Shown piece after piece: positions 52,901 to 64,000 of a stretch of DNA of 64,000 nucleotides. Under the pieces are notes generated by a model that was given only the letters and a program-made list of their open reading frames with translations, was not told the DNA's origin and made no database searches. This DNA is from Eledone cirrhosa. Its lineage: Eukaryota. Each line of letters begins with the position of its first letter. Position 1 is the stretch's first letter. The stretch lies in contig OZ024752.1 in assembly GCA_964016885.1 (NCBI GenBank), positions 30,876,001 through 30,940,000 of the forward strand, written 5' to 3'. Position numbers and translations under genes: made by a program.

Positions 52901-55900
52901 GGACAGTAAAGCTATCTTCAACACCAAGCTATGTTCAACTCTACTATATACATAGGACAGTAAAGCTATCTTCAACACCAAGCTATGTTCAACTCTACTA
53001 TATACATAGGACAGTAAAGCCATCATCAACACCAAGCTATGTTCAACTGTACTATATACATAGGACAGTAAAGCTATCTTCAACATCAAGCTATGTTCAA
53101 CTCTACTACATACATAGGACAGTAAAGCTATCTTCAACACCAAGCTATGTTCAACTCTACTATATACATAGGACAGTAAAGCTATCTTCAACACCAAGCT
53201 ATGTTCAACTCTACTATATACATAGGACAGTAAAGCTATCTTCAACACCAAGCTATGTTCAACTCTACTACATACATAGGACAGTAAAGCTATCTGAAAC
53301 ACCAAGCTATGTTCAACTCTACTATATACACAGTAAAGCCATCTTCAACACCAAGCTATGTTCAACTGTACTATATACATAGGACAGTAAAGCCATCATC
53401 AACACCAAGCTATGTTCAACTCTACTACATACATAGGACAGTAAAGCCATCTTCAACACCAAGCTATGTTCAACTCTACTACATACATAGGACAGTAAAG
53501 CCATCTTCAACACCAAGCTATGTTCAACTGTACTATATACATAGGACAGTAAAGCTATCTTCAACACCAAGCTATGTTCAACTCTACTATATACATAGGA
53601 CAGTAAAGCTATCTTCAACACCAAGCTATGTTCAACTCTACTACATACATAGGACAGTAAAGCTATCTTCAACACCAAGCTATGTTCAACTCTACTATAT
53701 ACACAGTAAAGCCATCTTCAACACCAAGCTATGTTCAACTGTACTATATACATAGGACAGTAAAGCCATCATCAACACCAAGCTATGTTCAACTCTACTA
53801 CATACATAGGACAGTAAAGCCATCTTCAACACCAAGCTATGTTCAACTCTACTACATACATAGGACAGTAAAGCCATCTTCAACACCAAGCTATGTTCAA
53901 CTGTACTATATACATAGGACAGTAAAGCTATCTTCAACACCAAGCTATGTTCAACTCTACTACATACATAGGACAGTAAAGCCATCTTCAACACCAAGCT
54001 ATGTTCAACTCTACTACATACATAGGACAGTAAAGCCATCTTCAACACCAAGCTATGTTCAACTGTACTATATACATAGGACAGTAAAGCTATCTTCAAC
54101 ACCAAGCTATGTTCAACTCTACTACATACATAGGACAGTAAAGCCATCTTCAACACCAAGCTATGTTCAACTCTACTACATACATAGGACAGTAAAGCCA
54201 TCTTCAACACCAAGCTATGTTCAACTCTACTACATACATAGGACAGTAAAGCCATCTTCAACACCAAGCTATGTTCAACTGTACTATATACATAGGACAG
54301 TAAAGCTATCTTCAACACCAAGCTATGTTCAACTGTACTATATACATAGGACAGTAAAGCTATCTTCAACACCAAGCTATGTTCAACTCTACTACATACA
54401 TAGGACAGTAAAGCTATCTTCAACACCAAGCTATGTTCAACTGTACTATATACATAGGACAGTAAAGCTATCTTCAACACCAAGCTATGTTCAACTCTAC
54501 TATATACATAGGACAGTAAAGCTATCTTCAACACCAAGCTATGTTCAACTCTACTATATACATAGGACAGTAAAGCCATCTTCAACACCAAGCTATGTTT
54601 AACTCTACTATATACATAGGACAGTAAAGCTATCTTCAACACCAAGCTATGTTCAACTCTACTATATACATAGGACAGTAAAGCCATCTTCAACACCAAT
54701 CTATGTTCAACTCTACTATATACATAGGACAGTAAAGCTATCTTCAACACCAAGCTATGTTCAACTCTACTACATACATAGGACAGTAAAGCTATCTTCA
54801 ACACTAAGCTATGTTCAACTCTACTATATACATAGGACAGTAAAGCCATCTTCAACACCAAGCTATGTTCAACTCTACTATATACATAGGACAGTAAAGC
54901 CATCTTCAACACCAAGCTATGTTCAACTCTACTATATACATAGGACAGTAAAGCTATCTTCAATACCAAGCTATGTTCAACTCTACTATATACACAGTAA
55001 AGCCATCTTCAACACTAAGCTATGTTAAACTCTACTATATACATAGGACAGTAAAGCTATCTTCAACACCAAGCTATGTTCAACTCTACTATATACATAG
55101 GACAGTAAAGCTATCTTCAACACCAAGCTATGTTCAACTCTACTATATACACAGTAAAGCCATCTTCAACACTAAGCTATGTTAAACTCTACTATATACA
55201 TAGGACAGTAAAGCCATCTTCAACACCAAGCTATGTTCAACTCTACTACATACATAGGACAGTAAAGCCATCTTCAACACCAAGCTATTTTCAACTGTAC
55301 TATATACATAGGACAGTAAAGCCATCTTCAACACTAAGCTATGTTCAACTCTACTACATACATAGGACAGTAAAGCCATCTTTAACACCAAGCTATGTTC
55401 AACTCTACTATATACATAGGGTAGTAAAGCCATCTTCAACACCAAGCTATGTTCTATTCTACTACATACATAGGACAGTAAAGCCATCATCAACACCAAG
55501 CTATGTTCTACTGTACTACATACATAGGACAGTAAAGCCATCTTCAACACCAAGCTATGTTCAACTCTACTACATACATAGGACAGTAAAGCCATCTTCA
55601 ACACCAAGCTATGTTCAACTGTACTATATACATAGGACAGTAAAGCCATCATCAACACCAAGCTATGTTCAACTGTACTATATACATAGGACAGTAAAGC
55701 CATCATCAACACCAAGCTATGTTCAACTGTACTATATACATAGGACAGTAAAGCCATCATCAACACCAAGCTATGTTCAACTGTACTACATACATAGGAC
55801 AGTAAAGCCATCTTCAACACCAAGCTATGTTCAACTGTACTATATACATAGGACAGTAAAGCCATCATCAACACCAAGCTATGTTCAACTGTACTATATA

Positions 55901-56528
55901 CATAGGACAGTAAAGCCATCATCAACACCAAGCTATGTTTAACTGTACTATATACATAGGACAGTAAAGCCATCATCAACACCAAGCTATGTTCAACTGT
56001 ACTACATACATAGGACAGTAAAGCCATCTTCAACACCAAGCTATGTTCAACTGTACTATATACATAGGACAGTAAAGCCATCATCAACACTAAGCTATAT
56101 TCAACTCTACTATATATATAGGACAGTAAAGCCATCATCAACACCAAGCTATGTTCTACTGTACTACATATATAGGACAGTAAAGCCATCATCAACATCA
56201 AGCTATGTTCTACTCTCTACTATGTACATGATATGACAGTAAAGCTATCTTCAACACAAAGCTATGTTCTACTTTTCACAAGACAACTTTCAACCATACA
56301 ACCACCTAATTATTTTACACTTATTAAGATGAGTCATCTGATGTAAGCCAAACAATAAGTGTGCCTAATTTAATATACGATATTAAACACACACACACAT
56401 ATATATATATACATATATATTGGAAAATGTGTGAAATACTTAGCACAGTTAGGTATATTAAAAAAAAAGGAAAAAATAACTTCACTTGTAGTTTTAAATT
56501 GAAGTGAAGTCATTCTGTTCCCTTTTAA

Positions 56529-56581
<53 letters not shown>

Positions 56582-56813
56582 AGAGTATTGAAGTTTGCTT
56601 GAAGCATTGTGGAATAATAAGGTAAATTTCTTTAAGTCGTTTGGAAGCCTCGACAATGCAGATGGGTAAATCTCCGGGTAACAAGATCCGGTGGTGGAGA
56701 GAGAGATGTAAGTTGGTGTACGTTGAGATGCGTGGTGTGTATAAGACGTGTAGAGGAATGAAGGAAAGAGCGTAAAGGATAAAAATAAAAATAACAACAC
56801 GAGAGGGAGTTAC

Positions 56814-56860
56814 CTTGGGAGAGATTTAATTGTCCCTATATATTTCGGATTCACATCCAT
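56814..56860 (-). CDS. Putative first coding exon MDVNPKYIGTIKSLP(R)
   Basis: ATG at 56860 and donor AG|GTAACT at 56814/56813, just downstream of a CpG-rich promoter-like patch; no homology recognised. Confidence 0.3.
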
Positions 56861-56899
56861 CAACTGGGGTTTTTTCCAGGGGGGGGGGGGAGGTTGTCT

Positions 56900-57085
56900 G
56901 TCGGAAAGGTGCGAAACGTGTCCTCCGCTGTTCGTTGTTTTGAATATCTGAGGTATTCAGCAGAGCGCGCATGCGCGTGAAATGGAGTCGGTCAAGCAGA
57001 GGTTGGCGGCCAAAATAGTTCTTTCAATTGTGGGAGTGGGGTGGCGCTAGCTGTCAGTCCATAGTATTCTCTGCCTGATTGGCAG
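56900..57085. promoter_or_regulatory. CpG-rich promoter-like patch
   Basis: Perfect NRF1-type palindrome GCGCATGCGC at 56967-56976, GC/GT-box-like ggggtggcg, and ATTGG near 57078. Confidence 0.4.
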
Positions 57086-57149
57086 ACTTTACCACATTGA
57101 TGGTAGATTGTTATACCATACGTACCAACATGATCTGCATTAGCCCTTT

Positions 57150-57825
57150 TTATATGGCTCCTTTTGTGACTCTTTAACCCTTTAGCATTTAAATCGACCA
57201 TATCTGGCCAGAATTCTCTCACCTCTTTCTGTTCAAACCAGCCACTCAAACTGATGTTCTCAAAATAAATAATATCAAAATCTCATAGATTTGATACTGT
57301 GTGAGGTAATTATGTGAGATAAAGCTTTTATCGTGAAAATACAATAGTAAATATAGAGTAATGTGAATGCTAAAGGGTTAAACCAGCTTTGCTAAGGCAG
57401 GCCCTCCCACATTCATTGCATGTCAACTCTCCTTGGTCTCCAATGCTTTCTGGCAATTCTTCTTTCAAGCATTTCTTCACACCTCTTTCTAAACTTTTAT
57501 AATTTCTTTGGGCTGTTTCAAAGTGTACTTTCCCTTTATGTACAGCTTCCTTCTCCTCGAGTTCAATCATTGGCAGCTTGTTCCTAGTCTTCATTGGAGA
57601 TACTAGCTTTCATCAGAGATGTTTTCACACAGTCCATCTTAGGTTTATGAGGTGGACCTTTGCCATCCCTCTGCTCACCATAAAGTTGTTTAGGAAACCT
57701 ACAGTCCTCTATTCTCACCAAATGTCCCACACATCAGAGACGGTGTTGCAAGGTAACCGACTCAATACTTTGACAGTGACTTTTTTCTAGGACCTCAACA
57801 TCACTCACATACTTCCTCCAGTGTA
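57150..57825 (-). mobile_element. Degraded RTE-clade LINE C-terminus with C2H2 finger, split by a MITE
   Basis: GHLVRIEDCRFPKQLYGE...CNECGRACLSKAGL|KSHKRSH. Confidence 0.75.
57178..57377. mobile_element. 200-bp piggyBac-type MITE
   Basis: TTAA TSD at 57174-57177 and 57378-57381; TIRs ccctttagcatt/aatgctaaaggg. Confidence 0.9.
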
Positions 57826-58472
57826 GACTCAAGATTTGATAACTTATTTTATCAATCCTGAATCCTCTTTATCAAACTGCTAACTTATAAGACTTGCTTA
57901 ACACACAAGCTGAAACTGCTTGGAGCCACGGTCAGGATTTTACACATCTCTACACCCACTCTACATCTCCCCAAGTATCGAGTACTCACATGATTAGTGG
58001 TCTCCTCGATCTCAGCACCGCAGACTCTATCTATCTTATATAATTGAAAGGTGACAGTTAAAGAACTAGTGCTGTAAAAGTTACCTCTCAATAAAGTAAA
58101 GTACCTTCTCTACCTTATGTTTTGATTACCTGACTGTAATTCTGATTACCCACATACAAACACACGTTATATATAAACTTATCCTACGTCTTCATCCCTA
58201 TAAATATATGTGTGTGTGATGGGGGGGGGGGGGGGGGGGGGGGGAATTACGTGTCGTAAGTTAGCTGTTCGACAAACAAGATCGATAAAATAAGTTCCAG
58301 AGTGAAGTAAGTATTACAACTCCCGTCTAGCATGTTCTAGCATGGCCGCACTCCAACGATTGAAACTCACGAAAGAATAGAAACAATATATAAATGTACA
58401 TACACGTACATTTGACTTATACAGAATTTAACAATGGGAAATTATGAATGGGAAATCTGCTTAAACATATTT

Positions 58473-58833
58473 CAGACCTATCAGCTCCCCCCGTCCGATG
58501 GGGAGATCTCCCACCTACTTTGGGAGTGTAAAATGGGTATAGCTTTCATTATCTAAAATCTCCCCAGGACGGTGTATTGGCAGTATCGGTAGAGGGTCAG
58601 ACGCCGTGCTTTGCAGCAAAGAGTTACGGCCCTTTATGGTCTGAGTTCAAATCCCGCCGAAGTTAACTTTGCCTTTCATCCCTACGGGGTCGATAAAATA
58701 AAGTACCAGTAATACACTGGGATAATTTCTGGCCTTGTGCCAAAAGTAGAAACAATTATCTAAAATCTCCCCATTTTGGGGCACTTTTTTTCATGGTACT
58801 ACCCGTTTGGGTTTTTAGAGGTTGGCAGGTCTG
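58473..58833. mobile_element. MITE (cagacct...aggtctg) interrupted by a SINE
   Basis: Terminal inverted repeats; atattt on both flanks. Confidence 0.55.
58567..58754 (+). mobile_element. Full-length Deu/Nin-type SINE with 19-bp TSD
   Basis: attatctaaaatctcccca at 58548-58566 and 58755-58773. Confidence 0.9.
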
Positions 58834-59879
58834 ATATTTTAGTATGGGTTTCTGTTTTTAATAAGAAACTTTTTATTTACATAAATTATCAAAGTATTAG
58901 CAATTTGTAGATATAAGAGAAATAAATAAATAGGAAGAAAACAAAACACAAGATATTCAATTATAAGTCACAACAAGGGGCGCTGGAGTTTCCCTCTAAA
59001 TTTTTGCGGCAAGCCAACTCACTGGAAGCATTGTCGCGGGTGATAGCGAGGCTAAGACTTTGGAATAACCAAGCGCCGGCGCGATAATCAGCTGATACTT
59101 TAGTAAGGCGAGCCGCCAGCCAATATTAACAAATACCTTGTTGTCAGGGGGCCTAGTTGTCCCACCCCTCCCCTTCACACCCGGAACGGCTCGAATGTCA
59201 CAGGCTACGAAAGAAAAAAAAATAGTTTGTCAATAGAAAAAGAGTTAACACGAAAATATTGTCCAAGCGATGAAATTGACAGTATAAATAAGGGCGTGGC
59301 TGATGAATAAAGTAAAACACATAGATACAGATAAGGAAAGGATATTAAAACATGTGATAACTTAAAATACTAGAACCACCAGTCTTATTATTTTATTTAA
59401 TATACAGAATCTCACAATTTCATGAAAAAAACATTGACATTATATATATAAATAATTGTTTCTACAAGGCCAGCAATTACTCAGTACATTACTGGTAATG
59501 GAGGAGTATCTAATAAAAATAGAAAACACACTATGAAAGGAAGCGGGAAAAGATGAAACAAAAAGAAAATGAAAAGGAGACAAAGAAAAAAGGATCAAGC
59601 AACAAAAGAATGGGAGGGACGGGTAATACACCCCAGTCTGAGCGGTGCCTCAGACGTGCCCCGTGGACAAAACGACAAAAGCGTTAAGGGACCCCCCCCC
59701 CCAAAAAAAAAAACCAAAACGTCTCACTTAAAAAGATTAAATAGGGGAATCTTTATTGCTAAACGAACTTGTATCTATTTACAACAATAGACAAAATGTT
59801 AAGGAATAAATGTTTTAAACGATAAAAAAATGAAACAAATAAGTTTCTACATAAGTTAACCATGCGTATAATATAATAT

Positions 59880-60060
59880 AATTGTTTCTACTTTTGGCAT
59901 AAGGCTAGCTATTACCCCAGTGTATTACTGGTACTTTATTTTATCGACCCCGTAATGATGAAAGGCGAAGTTAACCTTGACGGGATTTGAACTCAGAATG
60001 GTAAGGGTCGTAACTCAATGCGTCAAGACATGGCGTCCGACCCTCTACCGACACTGCCAA
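59880..60060 (-). mobile_element. Deu/Nin-type SINE
   Basis: Reverse complement of the consensus. Confidence 0.85.
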
Positions 60061-61177
60061 TATAATATAATATAATAAATATAACATAACAAACATAACA
60101 TAACATAACATAACAAACATTACATAACATAACATAACATAACAAACATAACATAACATAACATAACATAACATAACATAACATAACATAACATAACAAC
60201 AAACATAACAAACATAACATAACAAACATAACATAACATAACATAACAACAAACATAACAAACATAACATAACATAACATAACATAACATAACATAACAA
60301 ACATAACATAACATAACATAACATAACATAACAAAAATAACATAACATAACATAACAAACATAACATAACATAACATAACATAACAAACATAACATAACA
60401 TAACATAACATAACATAACATAACATAACATAACAACATAACAAACATAACATAACATAACATAACATAACAAACATAACATAACAAAACATAACATAAC
60501 AAACATAACATAACATAACATAACATAACAACATAACATAACATAACAAACATAACATAACATAACATAACGTAACATAACATAACATAACATAACATAA
60601 CATAACAACATAACAAACATAACAAACATAACATAACAAACATAACATAACAAAACATAACATAACAAACATAACATAACATAACATAACATAACAACAT
60701 AACATAACATAACAAAACATAACATAACAAACATAACATAACATAACATAACATAACAACATAACATAACATAACAAACATAACATAACATAACATAACA
60801 TAACAACATAACATAACATAACAAACATAACATAACATAACATAACGTAACATAACAAACATAACATAACATAACAAACATAACATAACATAACATAACG
60901 TAACATAAAATAACATAACTAACATAACATAACATAAAATAACATAACTAACACAACATAACATAACACAACAAACACAACACAACACAACACAACACAA
61001 CACAACACAACACAACACACCACACCACACCACACCACACCACACCACACCACACCACACCACACCACACCACACCACACCACACCACACCACACCACAC
61101 CACACCACACCACACCACACCACACCACACCATACCATACCATAACATAACAAAAATAAGACAACATAACATAACAA
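60061..61177. repeat. Compound pentanucleotide microsatellite (ATAAC)n/(ACAAC)n/(ACACC)n
   Basis: Direct. Confidence 0.95.
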
Positions 61178-61272
61178 TAATTGTTTCTACTTTTGGCACA
61201 AGGCCAGCAATTACCCAATTCATTACTGGTACTTTATTATATCGACCCCGTATGGATGAAAGGCAAAGTTAA
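61178..61272 (-). mobile_element. SINE 3' half
   Basis: Core and 3' end on the minus strand, with the tail running into the pentamer array. Confidence 0.8.
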
Positions 61273-61429
61273 CACTAGTAGTAATAAAGAATGCACAAGG
61301 CTTGTTAGCTCTATTGTATTATATAATATGTATATATTTTAATAAATTCCTTTCTGAATTTAATTATTAATACAATATACAGAGTGTCTCAAAAGTGACA
61401 AGTCCATTTCATATTATAATATATATAAA

Positions 61430-61565
61430 ATTGTCTATTTTTCAACATAGTCCCTGGAAAGAAACAATGCAGTTACTAATGAGAAGTGTTGAAATTAATG
61501 CATGCAAGATTTCGCAGCTCTAGCATTACTCCTTCATAGTCAGCTTATGAACTTTTCAGACGACC

Positions 61566-61605
<40 letters not shown>

Positions 61606-61700
61606 TGAGATTCTACAGGACTAGAACTGTTTCATTCTTTAGAAATCATCAGGAATCCCTGATATATATATATGAGGGTCGTCTGAAAAGTTTATAAGCA
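61430..61700. mobile_element. Mariner-type MITE fragments
   Basis: ttatgaacttttcagacgaccctcata and tatgagggtcgtctgaaaagt; body homologous to 11551-11968. Confidence 0.6.
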
Positions 61701-62346
61701 TATATATATATAGTCTCCCCCAAAATGTATACACACTTCATCTGCATTCTAATAAATATTGCCTGTTAAGGTAATCAAAGTGTGTATACGATTTTGGGGG
61801 ACACCCTATATATATATGTATATATAATGCGATTTTAAATGCAACAGTTGTTAATATTTTACAGACAGACAGACAGACAGATGAAATAGACAAATATTTT
61901 GACAAGTAGCAGCCGCTGACATGTGTGTTTAGGTTTATTTACATCTGGTTTGTGACTGTCGCTAGTATCATGTCTAGATATATTTTAAATAACCATTTTA
62001 TTATCTAACGTTTTTAATTAAAAATACAAAACTTCAATATAAAATATATAAAAAAAATTAAACAGTTAAATAACTAGACATCATATATTGTATGAAATAA
62101 ATGTTTGTTAATTAAAATATGTGAAACATTCCATTGGGATTAACGACACTACGTTTTGGTTTCTGGTCACATGATGCAGTTGTCGACAATTCACTAGTTT
62201 CTCTTTCATTTATTTTCCACTGGGGGAAGAAGAAAGTCTGCCAGAATTTACTGTACAGAGGAGAAAGAAAGAAAGCTATTATTGCAATGAGTGATTATTT
62301 TTTTAACGAGAAGAAATACTTTCAAATTTTTGACCAGTTCCCGACC

Positions 62347-62513
62347 GTAAGTAGTAAAACTGTGAAGTTAATTTAGTTGATAAACATTACCGTTCACTCA
62401 CTTACTACTGGATTAACTAACAACTTACTGGAGATATATTTATTATTAATTATTTAGTTATCATCGTTTTGGTTTATACTAACTTAAACCTCATTGTGGT
62501 TTGTTGAAAACAG
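62347..62513 (+). other. Predicted 167-nt 5'-UTR intron of the CAX gene
   Basis: Donor GTAAGT at 62347, perfect branch point TACTAAC at 62477-62483, acceptor CAG at 62511-62513. Confidence 0.6.
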
Positions 62514-62542
62514 GGAAAAAATAATAATTAATTCATTTCACG

Positions 62543-64000
62543 ATGGATATCGACGAAGATTTTGATCATACATTTATGACCGGAGAAATTTCTAACCCGA
62601 TAACTCACCATAGAAGTGCTCCTCCTAGTCCGACAGGACATGGGAATATAATGAATAATGAATTCCATACATCGCATTCGACAGACGAAGCTTTCATCAT
62701 TGTCCCAAATGATGTAGAAGCTCACAGAATTACAAATAATTACTTGTTTGGTTTTAAAAAATGGAAGAGTCACATATCTACGAGACCAGTTGAAAATCGT
62801 TCTGAAATAGTTCAAGATCTTTACTCCGATATAAACAAACCGAGTCTACCCGTACGGGTATCAACACTGAGACCCACCAATGTAATTTATGTTTTATTAA
62901 TAGGATGGTGGCTGGCTTTAGTCTATCTTATAGTTTCTATTGTCATGCTTCTAACATATTTCGGACGATCGTATGGTTTTTTTTGCATGAAAATGGCTCG
63001 TTATTTTTTCTGGCCTTTTGGCTATTTCGTTCACCTAGTGGATAGACCACCTCCATTAGAACACTCGGAGGAGGTTTTTAAAGAAACTACTTCACAATTA
63101 TCTGAAAACTACCAAGAAAGCGATGAAAGAACTAGCCTTCTCTCCAACAGTTTTTCTGCGCAACAGTTGAGCAGCGAACGTTGGAAGTTCTGGACTAAAC
63201 CGAAAACTTATTTGTGGTTACTTATCGCCGTGCCTGTTTTGTTTGTTTGTCATTCTATCATAGTTATCATTACCTGGTTGCTTGTGATAACTATACCTAT
63301 TTCTAAAATCAATATCAAAACTATCCAAAAACTCTTCTTCCTCCCTCCGGAACAAGTGGACGTCTGTAACTCAAATGTTATGCCCACTAACAACAAGAAA
63401 CAAAACGGTGAAATAATCATGTATACACATCAATCAGTGAATATTTATTATTACAAATATTCTGTGGATGGTATGAATGTTATTCTTGTTAACTTATTAC
63501 TGTTTGTTATTGCAGCTTTAGTTTTGGGACTTGCCGATACACAAGGAAAAATTTCTCCCGTAATGAAATGTCTGATGGCATTGTTTGGTATTGTACCACT
63601 CACCTATTATATAGGGGCTGGCATTACTAGTATATCAGCTCAGAGTAGTTTCGCTGTCGGAGCTTTACTAAATGCCACATTCGGATCGATTGTTGAAGTT
63701 ATATTGTACGTAATCACCCTGAAAAAGGGTCAGGAACAAAATTCTGCTTGTTATCCAGAACTGGTCAAGTCTGCTGTAGCTGGTACCATATTGGCTACTA
63801 TGTTGTTAATTCCCGGTTTGTGTATGGTGATCGGTGGTCTGAAATATCAAACACAAAGATTTAATCCTCGTTCAACAAGTGTTGGCGCTTCGTTACTTTT
63901 TGTGTCAGTGGCCGGAGTGTTTGCACCAACTTTATTTTCTGCTATTTATGGCGATCTCCATTGTTCCAAATGTGAGAAGGTAGAGTCGTGGATTTCTATA
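62543..64000 (+). CDS. cax: Type II cation/H+ exchanger (animal CAX / yeast Vnx1-like), 3'-incomplete
   Basis: 486 stop-free codons translated by hand. YccF-like segment NVIYVLLIGWWLAL...YFFWPFG; YYKYSVDGMNVILVNL; alpha-1 region SISAQSSFAVGALLNATFGSIVE (GSIVE 63683-63697); LLIPGLCMVIGGLKYQTQRFN. Confidence 0.93.
   Translation, partial: MDIDEDFDHTFMTGEISNPITHHRSAPPSPTGHGNIMNNEFHTSHSTDEAFIIVPNDVEAHRITNNYLFGFKKWKSHISTRPVENRSEIVQDLYSDINKPSLPVRVSTLRPTNVIYVLLIGWWLALVYLIVSIVMLLTYFGRSYGFFCMKMARYFFWPFGYFVHLVDRPPPLEHSEEVFKETTSQLSENYQESDERTSLLSNSFSAQQLSSERWKFWTKPKTYLWLLIAVPVLFVCHSIIVIITWLLVITIPISKINIKTIQKLFFLPPEQVDVCNSNVMPTNNKKQNGEIIMYTHQSVNIYYYKYSVDGMNVILVNLLLFVIAALVLGLADTQGKISPVMKCLMALFGIVPLTYYIGAGITSISAQSSFAVGALLNATFGSIVEVILYVITLKKGQEQNSACYPELVKSAVAGTILATMLLIPGLCMVIGGLKYQTQRFNPRSTSVGASLLFVSVAGVFAPTLFSAIYGDLHCSKCEKVESWISI

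Larger units (their letters stand above)
38045..56273. repeat. 54-bp satellite array (roughly 250 monomers) with 37- and 49-bp variants and higher-order repeats
   Basis: Monomer ataggacagtaaagc(c/t)atcttcaacac(t/c)aagctatgtt(c/a)aactctacta(t/c)atac. Confidence 0.97.

Noticed and set aside
38109-56201. Long 18-aa repeat ORFs (up to 652 aa) in the satellite
   Set aside because: Satellite translations on both strands, broken at random by 37/49-bp variants and TAA substitutions.
56825-56868. Hammerhead-like ttgatggatgtgaatccgaaa on the minus strand
   Set aside because: The core is incomplete (no CUGANGA) and there is no stem I; it overlaps the putative ATG exon.
62528-62815. 95-aa minus-strand ORF
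   Set aside because: Antisense shadow of the CAX coding sequence.

Overview
AT-rich, extremely repeat-dense metazoan DNA. The repeat families and microsatellite load suggest a coleoid cephalopod such as Octopus (inference). Almost all long ORFs in the supplied track are translations of micro/minisatellites. The one solid protein-coding gene is missing from the track because it runs off the window: a type II CAX/Vnx1-like cation/H+ exchanger starting at 62543 (+). It has at least 486 uninterrupted codons and a predicted 5'-UTR intron. The rest consists of Deu/Nin-type tRNA SINEs, RTE and CR1 LINE fragments, mariner/Tc1, hAT, piggyBac-type and Ginger-type MITEs, several Penelope-type minimal hammerhead ribozyme motifs, and a (TA)n-embedded element with a co-varying long hairpin. 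There are also three minisatellites that grew from an RTE 3' UTR, and an 18-kb 54-bp satellite with higher-order repeats that carries a duplicated dead CR1. A speculative minus-strand gene (exons 56814-56860 and 9111-9275) may span most of the window. Coordinates were read by eye and may be off by a few bases.
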